From an uncultured Verrucomicrobiae bacterium (lineage in GTDB: Bacteria > Verrucomicrobiota > Verrucomicrobiia > Chthoniobacterales > Xiphinematobacteraceae), in the NCBI GenBank assembly GCA_963706715.1, contig CAVPNI010000002.1, positions 448,001 to 512,000 of the forward strand: a DNA stretch of 64,000 bases, written 5' to 3'. The first letter of the stretch is position 1, and each line of letters opens with the position of its first letter. The notes beneath the pieces were generated by a model that did not search any database, was not told the origin of the DNA, and saw only the letters and a program-made list of their open reading frames with translations. This document shows, one piece after another, positions 18,612 through 29,766 of this stretch. Made by a program: the position numbers and the translations under genes.

Positions 18612-21061
18612 TTCGGCTAGCTCACCGCATTGCATTCTTAACAGTCCGATACCCTTTCCTCCTGATTCTGGCAGCAGGATGCATTGCTCTTGCTGCTGGT
18701 ACGGCGATTTATTTCAAATTAGGTCTCGATTCAGAAATTTTAAATCTCTTACCGAAAGAGAAAGCCAGTGTTCAAGGGCTCCAAATTTATAATCAAAAAT
18801 TTTCAGAGGGACGCACCTTAGCATTCATCGTCACAGAAAAAACGGGAGAAACAAATGGTTATGAGGAGTTTGTCTCACAACTTCTTCAACAACCGTGGGT
18901 TTTGAGAATTTTGGATGGCTCACCTTTAGAGTCCCAAACAGGACGCAACACCCTGGCCGCCTTTGCGACACCGCTCTTATTTCGGCTAAATCACGAGGAC
19001 TTTTCTCAAATGGTCCAACAGTTAAAACCCGCCGTGATTCGCCAGCAAATGGAAAGGTTGGTGGCTCAGCTTCGAGGAGATTCTCCTTTGGCACGGTTTC
19101 AGCTTCAAACCGATCCACTCGGTGTCTTAGCGCTAGCAATTCGTCCCCTCACCGCTGCAAATACATTTCAAGACCAGGATAAAAACGTCTCCGGATCTTC
19201 GCGACTGGTTCCCGTCATCATCCGGCAGCCGACACTTTCAGCGGAAGATTCCTCACGCGTCATGCATAGCGTGGATGCTTTTATAACGAATTTTACCCAA
19301 CGTCATCCCGAGATGGAAATATTGGTAACAGGCCGTTCCGCTTATGTGGATCAAGTTTCCCAGAACATGAAAAGGGATTTTATGGTCAGTTCTTTTCTTT
19401 CCATGATGCTGATTTCGGGTCTGTTTTTGCTTGGCTTTCGCAGGCTGCTTCCATTGCTTGGTTCGACGCTGCTTCTGATATTAGCTGCTGTTGTGGCTCT
19501 GGCCGTTGGCTCCTTACTTTTTGGTCAACTCAATCTCATTGCCATAGCTTTTTGCTCCATTTTGTTTGGGCTGGGCAATGACTGTAGTCTTTTACTTTAC
19601 CAGGCTTATCTGAAGGCTGCGGGACGCGGGATCACTCGATATCAAGCGATAACTGAATCGATTCAAACTGCTTTCCCTTCGATTCTTTGTGCTACAATTA
19701 CTAATGCCGTCGGATTTTCCGCACTGGCACTCAGCGGGTCCGCCGGGTTTAGTCAGTTGGGCGTTCTGACAGCTGCTGGCCTAGGTGCCTGTGCACTCCT
19801 CATGTGTGTATTTTTCTTTGTTTTTGTTCATGCAGCGAGTCCTCCCGCCTCGGATCCTTTACAAGACTTCTTAAGCAAATGGCTCACCGTGACGACTCGG
19901 TATCCGTCTCGTATTTTGTATCCCACTTTGGGAATTCTTTTCATCATAGGTGCATTCGCTTTAAGTTCATGGAGACCGCTTCGATTTGATACCGCTTCCA
20001 ATTCGCTAGAACCCACGCAAATTCCAGCTTCTCGTGCCTTGCGGATCGTCCGCTCGGAATTTTCTTCCACTCCCTCACCACTGTTGATCGTTGTACCGGC
20101 TTCCCTCAAAACGGCGGCCCAAACAGCTCAGCAGTTAGATCACTGCCTTAGGTCGCTCGGAAGAAAATTTTCAAGTCCTCTGCCATTCATTTCACAACCT
20201 GCCTCGGAATCAATCAACCTGCAAATGCTCAATGTCGCTGATATTCAGTCCACACGATCGGAATTTTCCGCCATACTGCAACAATATGGATTCCATCCAT
20301 CGGCTTTTACCTCAACATTTGTACTCTTGAATTTTTTGGAAACCGCCGCTCAGACCGTTTCCCCTCCAAATTGGAAACAAATTCTCCCTCCCAACTCTCC
20401 ATGGTGGTTTCTCATCGACCGCTTTGTCTCATCAGATTCTTCGACCTTTCTGGCGCTTGTTTGGCCGCAGGATCAGGAACACCCGGAGGAAACGATTGCC
20501 TTGGTCAGACACGCTCTGCAAACGGCTGGGATCGCCGCTTATGTCACCGGCTTACAAGAAACTTTGGACGAATTGGTACCCTGGGCCGTGGATCAGCTGT
20601 GGAAATTTGGCACTGGAGCCGGTATCGTCATCCTTCTGATTCTTGCTATTGCCTATCGCAACTTCGCCTTATGGACGCTCCACGCGCTGAGCCTTGCATT
20701 CTCATTAGGCGGACTCATTGGCACTCTCAAATTTTTTAATCTTCCTATCAATTTTCTAAATATTTTGGCATTCCCGCTAATTCTTGGCGTCAGCGTCGAC
20801 TATGGTGCATTCCTCATCCTTTCTTTTCTCCGCAAAGGAAATTTTCGTGAGAATGTCGTTTCTGTGATGAAACCCATCTTAATTAGCGCACTGAGTAGCG
20901 TGATTGGATTTGGTTGCCTACTCACCGCTGAAAATCCCTCCCTCCGCGGTCTTGGCATTGTATGTTCTTTGGGCACTCTTTGGGCCCTTGTCACCACATT
21001 TTTAATGGTCTTGCCAGGGGTGACGCTTCTTCGCCAAGGAAGTTGCCACAAAGGCACTTAA
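18608..21061 (+). CDS. MMPL/RND-superfamily exporter
   Basis: Two sets of TM helices with periplasmic loops; GLGND and GVSVDY motifs. Confidence 0.82.
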   Translation: MIRLAHRIAFLTVRYPFLLILAAGCIALAAGTAIYFKLGLDSEILNLLPKEKASVQGLQIYNQKFSEGRTLAFIVTEKTGETNGYEEFVSQLLQQPWVLRILDGSPLESQTGRNTLAAFATPLLFRLNHEDFSQMVQQLKPAVIRQQMERLVAQLRGDSPLARFQLQTDPLGVLALAIRPLTAANTFQDQDKNVSGSSRLVPVIIRQPTLSAEDSSRVMHSVDAFITNFTQRHPEMEILVTGRSAYVDQVSQNMKRDFMVSSFLSMMLISGLFLLGFRRLLPLLGSTLLLILAAVVALAVGSLLFGQLNLIAIAFCSILFGLGNDCSLLLYQAYLKAAGRGITRYQAITESIQTAFPSILCATITNAVGFSALALSGSAGFSQLGVLTAAGLGACALLMCVFFFVFVHAASPPASDPLQDFLSKWLTVTTRYPSRILYPTLGILFIIGAFALSSWRPLRFDTASNSLEPTQIPASRALRIVRSEFSSTPSPLLIVVPASLKTAAQTAQQLDHCLRSLGRKFSSPLPFISQPASESINLQMLNVADIQSTRSEFSAILQQYGFHPSAFTSTFVLLNFLETAAQTVSPPNWKQILPPNSPWWFLIDRFVSSDSSTFLALVWPQDQEHPEETIALVRHALQTAGIAAYVTGLQETLDELVPWAVDQLWKFGTGAGIVILLILAIAYRNFALWTLHALSLAFSLGGLIGTLKFFNLPINFLNILAFPLILGVSVDYGAFLILSFLRKGNFRENVVSVMKPILISALSSVIGFGCLLTAENPSLRGLGIVCSLGTLWALVTTFLMVLPGVTLLRQGSCHKGT

Positions 21062-21079
21062 GCATTAGCTTTATCAGCC

Positions 21080-21349
21080 ATGCGTCGCTTTTTTACTCTC
21101 CTCCTTTTGGTTTTTCTCTGCATACATTTTACTGCCTTTGGAGAATCCACAATTTTATTAGTCCAAAAAAAATTAAAGTCACTAGGTGTTTATCATGGCC
21201 CTCTGGATGGATTAATTGGAAGCCAAACCAACGCTGCAATTCGACGCTACCAAATCAAGCACGGCCTCACCATAACAGGCGAATTAAGTGAAGAGACGTT
21301 ACACAGCCTGAAAATAAAGATTCTCACTAAGAGCCTGCCTAATAAATAG
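21080..21349 (+). CDS. Secreted peptidoglycan-binding domain protein (PG_binding_1)
   Basis: Signal peptide plus VQKKLKSLGVYHGPLDGLIGSQTNAAIRRYQ...TGEL. Confidence 0.85.
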   Translation: MRRFFTLLLLVFLCIHFTAFGESTILLVQKKLKSLGVYHGPLDGLIGSQTNAAIRRYQIKHGLTITGELSEETLHSLKIKILTKSLPNK

Positions 21350-21425
21350 ATTATATGGCGAAAGGCCTTCGCAGACTCGAAGCTCAACGTTCATTCAGCT
21401 TATTATCGTCTATTCGCCGGTATCT

Positions 21426-21923
21426 TCAATGGCGATGGGTATAGACCTCTTGCTCTCTGCGCTTTTGGCAGTTTCCATGCAATCGCAATTCGTCGCAATG
21501 TCCCTTAATTCGCAGCATTTTGTTTGCCGGGGAAAACCCCAATCGACGCGAAATGCAATTTTCCAGGAGCTCCATGTTTGTATCCTTGAACTCAATAATT
21601 TTCTCGCAATCCACACACATCAGATGATGGTGAGTCGGGTGCTCACCAAAGTTCGGGTCATAGTACTGGATCCCGTCACCCAGATCGAGTTCACGAAGGA
21701 GTCCGCATTTGAGCAATAAAGAGAGATTCCGATAAACAGTAGCTCTTGAAACCGATGGATTGACGGCTTGCGCCATACGCAAGAGCCCTTCCGCACTAAA
21801 ATATTCTTCGCTTGAAAAGATGGCCACAAGAATTGCATCCCGTTGGGCGGTCTGACGCAATCCCTTGCTAACAAAAAACTTATGTAGTTCGTTGCTTAAT
21901 TTTTCGCATTTCTCAGCGTCCAT
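21426..21923 (-). CDS. fur: Fur-family transcriptional regulator
   Basis: GLRQTAQR, SRATVYRNL, HHHLMCVDC, C-terminal CxxC. Confidence 0.9.
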   Translation of the reverse strand: MDAEKCEKLSNELHKFFVSKGLRQTAQRDAILVAIFSSEEYFSAEGLLRMAQAVNPSVSRATVYRNLSLLLKCGLLRELDLGDGIQYYDPNFGEHPTHHHLMCVDCEKIIEFKDTNMELLENCISRRLGFSPANKMLRIKGHCDELRLHGNCQKRREQEVYTHRH

Positions 21924-22200
21924 TGGAAAAAAACGGATGAAATTAGAGGATTCAAGAGGAGGCCAGAGGACTACGGCAAAGTAGAGCAGACTACCGTTGC
22001 TGCATTCCTGCCCTGGCGGGGTTTATCAGTCTACAGTCCGTAGCCCCTGGCCATTTTAGACTACGCTTTTTTATAGAATCCGCAATGAAAAGAACATCGT
22101 TTGGCAGTGAAGGTTCGGGTTTTGCGAAAAAAGAAGGATATTCTGTATATTTTGATCCAAAAAATCTCCGCAACTGCTAAAAGCTGCTTCCTCACCCATT

Positions 22201-22998
22201 ATGATCAGGTTTTTGCTAACTATTTCGATTCTGATTTCTGCTTTTACGGCCGGTCTTGGATACTTTAATAAGAAAAAATTGGATCGTGGAAGACACGTGC
22301 TAGCAAGTACTCAGGACGAACTGAGAGTCGCCCAAGTCCGGCTGGCACAAAAGAACAAGGACGCAACCGCTACTCAGAAGCAACTCTCCGAAACTACGGC
22401 TAAATTAGAACAAACCTCTACTGCTCTTACAGTTGCACAGGAAGATCTCAAAAAAACATCCTCAAAAATCGACGATTTGAACAAGCAGGCATTGGATCAT
22501 GAGGTTCAAATTAGCAACTTAAAAAATGAAAATCTCGTACAACAGAACAAGATTAAGGAATTGACACCTACTGCATCGCCTGGGAGTCCCCAGGCTAAAC
22601 AAGAAGCGGATTGGTCTGCTCAACTCGCAGAACAAAAAGCGCTGGTAAGCAAACTACAGGCTCAGCTAGAGAGTAGCCAAAATCGAATTCAAGAATATGT
22701 AAAGAAAGACATTGAGCGACAAAAACTCCAAACACGCCTAGGACTGGAAGGAAAAGTACTCGCAGTCAATCAAGCGTGGAACTTTGTCGTTCTGAGTATT
22801 GGTGATAAAAATGGAGTCACCAACAATGCTGAAATGCTTGTCAAGCGAGGCAATCAACTGGTGGGGCGAGTGCGAGTCACATCTGTAGAACCTTCCAGTT
22901 CCATTGCTGACATCATCTCTTCCAGTCTCTCTAAAGGACTCTTTGTGCAACCAGGCGATAGCGTGATCTACGACACGTCCGATGATGAGAAAAAGTAG
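22201..22998 (+). CDS. Membrane-anchored coiled-coil hypothetical protein with a C-terminal beta domain
   Basis: N-terminal TM, long heptad region, GKVLAVNQAWNFVVLSIG...PGDSV. Confidence 0.7.
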   Translation: MIRFLLTISILISAFTAGLGYFNKKKLDRGRHVLASTQDELRVAQVRLAQKNKDATATQKQLSETTAKLEQTSTALTVAQEDLKKTSSKIDDLNKQALDHEVQISNLKNENLVQQNKIKELTPTASPGSPQAKQEADWSAQLAEQKALVSKLQAQLESSQNRIQEYVKKDIERQKLQTRLGLEGKVLAVNQAWNFVVLSIGDKNGVTNNAEMLVKRGNQLVGRVRVTSVEPSSSIADIISSSLSKGLFVQPGDSVIYDTSDDEKK

Positions 22999-23263
22999 TC
23001 TTCCTTCGTAATCGACACGCCAAGCACCACTAGCTGCAATGCTGTTGACTTTGAAGCCATTGATGAAATTCGTCGCCAGGAAAGTCGCGCCCGTACCCAG
23101 GCTGGTTTGGATCCTCTGCTTTCTGCTTTTGAAAAAAGCTCATTTGAGAATCTATAAAGCAACTGGTTGCGGTCAATAAAAATGTGCAGCACCTACCAGG
23201 TTGGAAGCGTAGAAGGTCCTACGCAAGCCACTAAAACGATCGGCTTTTTAACAAAAGAGCAAG

Positions 23264-24244
23264 GTGCTATCGTTTAAAGCAATGTCACCTGCTACAGCAA
23301 AAAGTGTTCCTGATGCCTTGAAAGATCGTTTGGGATCAGATGTTTTCATTCGAAGGAAGCGGATTGAGGAAAGAATCTTGTGCTCAAGGAATTCTCCATC
23401 GAAATACCGAGGAATGGGGAAGTTCAGATCGAGAACTTTTCTGTTTAGGTGTGCGTTGCGCATCACAGGCCTCTACGAGAGGGGATTTCGTAATTACTTG
23501 GATATCCAAATCGTGGAGCGAGAGATATTCCTATCTACACTAGCGCAAGTATTTGATGGCTTTCGAATTCTCCAACTCTCCGACCTCCATTTTACTCTTT
23601 CCGAGAAATTCTTGGATGCGCTGCTTTCCAGATTAAAAAGAATTTCCCATGAAATGAAACCCTGTGATGTCGCAGTCTTCACCGGAGATTACTGTGCCAA
23701 AGTGGGACATAATCATGCTCAGGTCTTAAGAGACATGGAGCATGTTCTTGGTGTGCTGAAGATACCGAGTTGGGGAATTCTCGGAAACTATGATTTTCTG
23801 GAATTGGCTCCCTCTTTCGAGCAGCTCGGGCTCCGAATGCTTCTCAACGAGCACGACGAAATCAAAAAAGAAGAAGAGCGCCTTTTTATCTGTGGAGTGG
23901 ATGATCCTGCCTTATTTCAAACGCATGACCTGGTGCGTGCTCGACAAGGGATTTCTCGGGGAGAATGTACAATCCTACTGGCCCATAGCCCGCAAATTTC
24001 GAAGGAGGCGGTAGCATCGGAGTATTCTCTAATGCTTTCCGGACACACCCATGGAGGACAAGTTTGCTTTCCTGGGGGAATGCCAGTGATCAACAAAACC
24101 CATATTCTGGGTTCCCTGATGCGTGGAGAATGGCAAGAGGGGCCTCTCCTTGGATATACTTCTCCTGGAACCGGAGTCTCTCAGTTGCCTGTACGATTTA
24201 ATTGTCCGGGCGAAATCACAATTCATACTCTGCGGCGTTTGTAG
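23264..24244 (+). CDS. Calcineurin-like metallophosphoesterase (YkuE-like)
   Basis: SDLH, TGDY, GNYD, AHSP, SGHTHGGQ; start uncertain. Confidence 0.85.
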   Translation: MLSFKAMSPATAKSVPDALKDRLGSDVFIRRKRIEERILCSRNSPSKYRGMGKFRSRTFLFRCALRITGLYERGFRNYLDIQIVEREIFLSTLAQVFDGFRILQLSDLHFTLSEKFLDALLSRLKRISHEMKPCDVAVFTGDYCAKVGHNHAQVLRDMEHVLGVLKIPSWGILGNYDFLELAPSFEQLGLRMLLNEHDEIKKEEERLFICGVDDPALFQTHDLVRARQGISRGECTILLAHSPQISKEAVASEYSLMLSGHTHGGQVCFPGGMPVINKTHILGSLMRGEWQEGPLLGYTSPGTGVSQLPVRFNCPGEITIHTLRRL

Positions 24245-24615
24245 AGTCGAGGGACTCAATGGCGCCAGATTGTTCGCTTTGTGTGGTGTCAAATTAAGGA
24301 GAATGGCATGGAATGTTCCCATTTACGTTTGCAGTCGTAGAACACACCCTCCGTCAGCAGTTATCAAAATACACTTGGTTGCCTTCTAGTGAGGAAACCG
24401 GTTGTGTATTTCCCGTGTTTAATTGCTCTGATTTTTTTGGATGCAATTTTTCTCTTTTATGGAAGCTCCAAAACTCAATAATCAAAAAAGAACAGAAACA
24501 GTAGGTTAATATTTTTTCGGGCAAAATGGAAAATCTGTAAAGGTCTGATAGTCCAATAAATTTTAAGCACCTGTTTAGGGATTTATTCTTGAATGTGGTG
24601 TATCTAGAGATCCAT

Positions 24616-25032
24616 ATGAAATCTCTTGATACCTCTATTCTGACCGATGGTTTTCCACCTCTGTCTCAACTGGCACTAATTGACTTTCGCAATCTGTCGG
24701 TTCCAGAAACCTGGTTGCCTGGTTTCTTTTCCATAATTCCACAGATATTAATTGGTTTTGGAGGGGATTTGCTGAACGGCAATGCCATAAATAGTATCTT
24801 TTTAATAGCTAAGTTAGAGGATGCTTTGCAGAAGGGGCTTAGAATTATTTCTCTGTTTGCATTTATCGTAGCAACTATTGTGGTGATGTACGGCGGTTAT
24901 CAAATTCGCACCGGAAATCCGGATGCGGGGAAAATGTCCATTCTTGGCGGACTGGTGATTGGTCTGGCGGTAATCATCGTGACGAGCATTTTTGAAATTG
25001 CCGATCTGCCGGTTTTAAAAGTGACGAAATAA
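24616..25032 (+). CDS. VirB2/TrbC-like pilin
   Basis: Leader followed by two hydrophobic helices linked by GGYQIRTGNPDAGKMSILGG; first gene of a T4SS-like operon. Confidence 0.6.
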   Translation: MKSLDTSILTDGFPPLSQLALIDFRNLSVPETWLPGFFSIIPQILIGFGGDLLNGNAINSIFLIAKLEDALQKGLRIISLFAFIVATIVVMYGGYQIRTGNPDAGKMSILGGLVIGLAVIIVTSIFEIADLPVLKVTK

Positions 25033-25038
25033 GCTGAT

Positions 25039-25374
25039 TTGAAGGTTATGCCACTGCCACTTACAGATACTTGTGCTGGGAACGATTCGGATGGGAAGAT
25101 TTGGGGAATCGAAGGAACCAATTTATTGATCATACTCTTCGGCCTTCTTTTGTCTTTGGGATTTATTGTTCTGATTTGGATGAAGTCCGAACGTATTTTA
25201 CTGGGTCCTTTACTATTAAGTCTCATTCCGCTGATTTCAGCTTTGAGTTATGTTTTGTTTTTCCGTCAAGGAAAGCCAAAAGGATTCGATACGGATTTGA
25301 TAGAAACGCTTGTGGTTGGCAAAGGCTGGATGCCGGATTTCCGAAGCCGAAAAAGCAAAGGACTTAAATCGTAA
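25039..25374 (+). CDS. VirB3-like inner membrane protein
   Basis: Small two-TM protein (KIWGIEG...GKPKGF) directly before the VirB4-like ATPase. Confidence 0.6.
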   Translation: MKVMPLPLTDTCAGNDSDGKIWGIEGTNLLIILFGLLLSLGFIVLIWMKSERILLGPLLLSLIPLISALSYVLFFRQGKPKGFDTDLIETLVVGKGWMPDFRSRKSKGLKS

Positions 25375-25415
25375 ATTAACATCAAAATAGTTTAGACAGA
25401 GCGGAGAACCGTACT

Positions 25416-28100
25416 ATGAAAACGCCCGATGGTTGGATTTTTTCGGATCTGATAATTTGGAATGAGTTTGATACGCGAGGTTTTGCAGCACAGGGATGTA
25501 CGATTGAGATGCCGGATCTCCGGCAAGCTGCCGATACTACTCTGATCACATTACACGAAGCGCTCCGAGTGTTTCTCAAATCCTTGGACGAATCGATACG
25601 GCTCCAGTTTCGATGGTCCGTTGATAGCGATTATATCAGAGAGCTCCGTCGTTATCAGGCAGATACCGGACAGCGGCAGCAAACTCAGTGGTCTCGCCGG
25701 ACACGTCAGGAACGTTTCGACCGTTATTTTCAGGCTATGGAAGCGGGCCTCCTGCGAAGGGAACGTCTGGTCTTATTTCTCTCGCGTCGAATTCCGGCTG
25801 ATCCCCCTCAGGGAGCAAGCGACTCTCAATTAACGCTCCATTTTCAGCAACTAGCTCAACAAATGAACTTAGCTTTTCAGCAAAATTTTCAGATTTTAGA
25901 GGGATTATTAGACCAATTTGGGACGCGAATCCAACCGATGGATTCGAAACAACTGGCACGCTATTTTGCACTTTTTCTTAATCCCTCCTATACTAAACGT
26001 GCTGATTTTGAGCCGTGCGCCTCATTTGACCTTTCCATTCAGGAAAATTTTTGGAACGGGGGCTGCCAAGGTGGAAAAACGTTTGGGTTCTATTTGGATG
26101 GCTTTCTTCATAATTTAATTGTGTTAAAGCGACGGCCGCAGCGAACTTTCCCAGGCATTATTTATGCCCTCACAAATTTGCCCTTCCTGGATTATGCGCT
26201 TACAATAAACATCCAACCTCTTAATACCTTAAAAGAAATCGAAAAGGAGGAACGCGCCCTCCAGCGAGTACGTGGGGATTATACCTCAGAAGGCAAGTAC
26301 TCCTTGCTCACCGCCGTTCGAGTGAAGGAAGCGCGAATTCAAGAATTAGCTCAAGGAAATGTGGCGCCTTTCCGCTACGAGTTTTATGTCCATGTTTGGG
26401 ATGAAGATGCGACCTCTCTTGTGTCAAAGACCCGTCAAATCGAGGCGGCAATTCAGCAAATGGCGGAGGCACAGTCTTGGACAAGCAATCTTTCCAGTCC
26501 CGCTTGCACTAAAAATGTTTGGATTCAGACCTGGCCCGGATGGCTTTGGGGAACCTATACCTGTCATGCGGATACGGGACTGGATAGCTGGTTAGCGGAT
26601 CTTCTCCCCTTTTCTTCCTCATTTACAGGAATGATTGAAGGGGCGGAAGCGATTTATGAGGGGTCAAACCGAAATTTGATTGGGATACAAAATTTTGTTT
26701 CCAACACTCCCCAGCCAGCGGTGATTCTCGGAATGACAAGGGCAGGAAAATCCGCATTCATGTGTGATCTTCTCTCTCAGACACAGCCCTTCTACGACTT
26801 TACCTTAATTGTTGAAGAGGGTCTTTCTTATGGGACTTGGACACAGGCACAAGGGGAAATTCCTCTGATTATCAGTGCGGATGGCGAACTTACGTTGAAT
26901 TATTTTGATACCCAAGGTGGGCCCTTGACACGCACGCAGATCACTACTGCTGCGGCCCTCGTCCTAAAAATGAGCGGCGTTCCCCAAGAGGAGGATCGGC
27001 GCAACCTTCGGCTCGCGCAAATCGGACAATACGTAGAACAGCTCTATGACGATACGGCGCGGGAATGGCTGCAAAAACGTCCGAACGAGTGCGTTCGCTT
27101 GGCGCGACTGGCGCTTTATCTCAGAGATCTGCAACGCAACAAGATGCCGCTCAATTCCACATTTCAAGATGCCTGGTTGGAATTTCATCGGCAACTAGGG
27201 GAAGAGGGGGATGAAAGCTACAATGATGATTTTAGCGAACAAGAAGTCTCTCAGTTCCTTCAGGAGCCTGATTCAGCAAAGCTCATTCGTAATCTGACGT
27301 ATGCATTTTTTGATCCCCAAGATTATCCGACGCATGACCTCCTGTACGAAATGATGCTGGTCGCGCCTTTTTCTGAGCACGACAAGGAAGAAATCAAACA
27401 ACTCACCACTCTATTAGCCCCCTGGTGCGAGCAACGCTTGCTCTGCGGAAAAAGCACCGTTTCGATGCATCGAGCGATTGCTCATTTTGAACTTGGATTT
27501 ATTCAAGAATCCGACCGCACTCTAAAAGAAATTGCGGGATTTCTTATTGCTAATTATGGACGGCAGCACGTCCTGAATATGCCGCGCCGCGCGAGAAAAC
27601 GCGTGATCTTCGAAGAGGTCGCCCGGCTTTTGGATGTGTCCGGAGGCGATCATCTGGTCGCGGAATTCTATGCTCAATTGTCCAAATTCAATACATGGAT
27701 CGTCTCCATTGTTCAACAATATAGTCGTTTTAAGGAAAGTTGCATCCGGCCGGTGGTCTTTGGAAATGCCAAGCAGTTTTTCTTTATGCGCATGAACGAC
27801 CGGAGAGACGTGGATGATGTTGCATTCGATATTAATCTTTCCGAATCCTCGCGACAAATTATTTGTCGCCACCCGCTCCCCGAACATCTGCCGCAGGAGA
27901 ATAAGTATTCTGCGCTCACTTATTATCACCTGGATGCAAAACAGCCACTATGCGGAAGCATCCACAACCGTGTATCCCCTGAAATGCTCTACTGCGCTTC
28001 TTCCTCAGGCGATGTTTTTGATGATCGCTCCAAAAGCCTTGCCAACTGCTCCGATCCCGTCGCCACCATTGTAGAGAATGCTAAAAAAAGCAAGCAATAA
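25416..28100 (+). CDS. VirB4/TraG-like type IV secretion ATPase
   Basis: 894 aa; Walker A ILGMTRAGKS, LNYFD, Walker B-like VIFEEVAR, SKFNTWIVSIVQ; operon context. Confidence 0.82.
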   Translation: MKTPDGWIFSDLIIWNEFDTRGFAAQGCTIEMPDLRQAADTTLITLHEALRVFLKSLDESIRLQFRWSVDSDYIRELRRYQADTGQRQQTQWSRRTRQERFDRYFQAMEAGLLRRERLVLFLSRRIPADPPQGASDSQLTLHFQQLAQQMNLAFQQNFQILEGLLDQFGTRIQPMDSKQLARYFALFLNPSYTKRADFEPCASFDLSIQENFWNGGCQGGKTFGFYLDGFLHNLIVLKRRPQRTFPGIIYALTNLPFLDYALTINIQPLNTLKEIEKEERALQRVRGDYTSEGKYSLLTAVRVKEARIQELAQGNVAPFRYEFYVHVWDEDATSLVSKTRQIEAAIQQMAEAQSWTSNLSSPACTKNVWIQTWPGWLWGTYTCHADTGLDSWLADLLPFSSSFTGMIEGAEAIYEGSNRNLIGIQNFVSNTPQPAVILGMTRAGKSAFMCDLLSQTQPFYDFTLIVEEGLSYGTWTQAQGEIPLIISADGELTLNYFDTQGGPLTRTQITTAAALVLKMSGVPQEEDRRNLRLAQIGQYVEQLYDDTAREWLQKRPNECVRLARLALYLRDLQRNKMPLNSTFQDAWLEFHRQLGEEGDESYNDDFSEQEVSQFLQEPDSAKLIRNLTYAFFDPQDYPTHDLLYEMMLVAPFSEHDKEEIKQLTTLLAPWCEQRLLCGKSTVSMHRAIAHFELGFIQESDRTLKEIAGFLIANYGRQHVLNMPRRARKRVIFEEVARLLDVSGGDHLVAEFYAQLSKFNTWIVSIVQQYSRFKESCIRPVVFGNAKQFFFMRMNDRRDVDDVAFDINLSESSRQIICRHPLPEHLPQENKYSALTYYHLDAKQPLCGSIHNRVSPEMLYCASSSGDVFDDRSKSLANCSDPVATIVENAKKSKQ

Positions 28101-28219
28101 TATGTAATACGATAAAGCAGGATTTTAATAAATAGTTATCATCTGCTGAGAGCCTGAGAGATCAGAATATTTGCGATAAGCAGCAACAAAATTAATAAAA
28201 CTAATAAAATAAAATCATA

Positions 28220-28588
28220 ATGAAAAATATATCGATAAAACTTCCATACCGTTGTTTCAGGGATGGCACCTTAGCAGTTGTTATTTTTGCTTCAGGAGCA
28301 CAAACCGGCTGTCTTTCCCCCGAATCGGCTTACTCACTGGGAGGAGCCACACTTGGCGGCCTTTCAGGCGTTTTGGCATCAGCCCACAATCCACGGATCA
28401 CACCATTTGCTGCCGCAGGAGGCGCAGCAGTGGGGGGCCTGATGAGTGGCATGGCAATAAAGGCGGTCAAGTCGGGACGCTATGCCGCATTTCAAGAAGG
28501 CTATCAAAATGGCGCCTCCGACACCGCTAAGCGGCAATATTGGATTCTGCAAAATTTGCAAAAAGAACCAAGTAACAAAATTAAATAA
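28220..28588 (+). CDS. T4SS-associated glycine-zipper lipoprotein
   Basis: Lipobox-like QTGC, GxxxG repeats, EGYQNGASDTAKRQYW. Confidence 0.6.
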   Translation: MKNISIKLPYRCFRDGTLAVVIFASGAQTGCLSPESAYSLGGATLGGLSGVLASAHNPRITPFAAAGGAAVGGLMSGMAIKAVKSGRYAAFQEGYQNGASDTAKRQYWILQNLQKEPSNKIK

Positions 28589-28655
28589 AATGCCTGCTTG
28601 CTCAGTCAATAGTACCGAACGAACAACCATTTCAGTATGAAAATAGTCATCAAAA

Positions 28656-29639
28656 ATGAAAACGCCATACTTAATTATAGGTATTATTCTATTTTCTTCA
28701 AAAACTATTTTTGCACAATCGGCGGTGATAGACGTTGCTGCTGTTTCCGCACTTCAGATGCTTCTTATGGCTCAGAAAAAAGAGCAAGTGTCGGAAGAAA
28801 TACGGCACCGGCAGCGAATTACAAAACAGACGATGCAGCACAGCGAAACGCTCTCCCAATGGAGTGCTAATTTCGCTCGCCTGAAGGAACACTGGAAAGT
28901 CTTAGATAAGACACGCGGCCTCATTAATGAACAATTAGGATTTATCAAACAACTTCAAAATGCGACAGGGAACCCCGTAAAGCTGGTAGATCTTACTTTT
29001 CGGCATATTGATAAAGAAATCTTTTCCCGAGGTGGACTTGTTGACGACATTTCGGGTTGGCTCAAAAAATCTGAAAATTTTAGCGAGTGGGGAAAACTCT
29101 TGGAGGAACTTTTTAAGCCTTTTGATATTAATAAATTGAATAGTGATGAACTTGAGAAGTCCAGATTAGAGCGCCGCAAAGCCATTGACCGGGCATATCG
29201 AGAAGCCGAAGCTTTGCACGCCAAAACTAGGACACTCCAGCAAAAACTCGTGGAATTTATTCAAGGTGTGCGTGTTCATGCGGGAGCGTCAACTACACTC
29301 ACCGGAATGCAAAAAGTCGGCCTTCATCTTGCAGTTACAGAAAAGGGGATGCGTTCCGCAATGGAAATTGGGGAAGACCTAGCAAGACGCCTGGGGAACC
29401 TTAAGACCCGTGCGGATAATCGAGATGTTCTGGAAGACGAAGCGGAGAGGCAGGAGTGCAACAAGAAACATAAAGAAGCAGCGGAAAGAGCGTCAATACG
29501 CGCGCGGATTACCTATGACGATATCCGACGCCGAAGAAGACCGCGAAATCACATTTCAGCGGGTGTATCGATAGGAAATAAAGGAAAGATAAAAACTCGG
29601 ACCTCCATGCGGGTGAACGTGCCTATAAAGATGAACTGA
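28656..29639 (+). CDS. VirB5/TrbJ-like secreted helical protein
   Basis: Signal peptide, AQSAVIDVAA N-terminus, coiled-coil body, position before the VirB6-like gene. Confidence 0.55.
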   Translation: MKTPYLIIGIILFSSKTIFAQSAVIDVAAVSALQMLLMAQKKEQVSEEIRHRQRITKQTMQHSETLSQWSANFARLKEHWKVLDKTRGLINEQLGFIKQLQNATGNPVKLVDLTFRHIDKEIFSRGGLVDDISGWLKKSENFSEWGKLLEELFKPFDINKLNSDELEKSRLERRKAIDRAYREAEALHAKTRTLQQKLVEFIQGVRVHAGASTTLTGMQKVGLHLAVTEKGMRSAMEIGEDLARRLGNLKTRADNRDVLEDEAERQECNKKHKEAAERASIRARITYDDIRRRRRPRNHISAGVSIGNKGKIKTRTSMRVNVPIKMN

Positions 29640-29766
29640 AGACGAAGGATTCTATAAGATTATCGAGAATTACATAAAATAACAAAAAAGTCGTAATTAA
29701 TGATATGGTAGGTTGAAATGTATTAAGCTAATTTAGCCTTCACTGATGTAAATACGTATAAAAATA

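Noticed and set aside
23780..23800. GNYD instead of GNHD in the metallophosphoesterase
   Set aside because: A single substitution; the other metal ligands are intact, so inactivity cannot be claimed.
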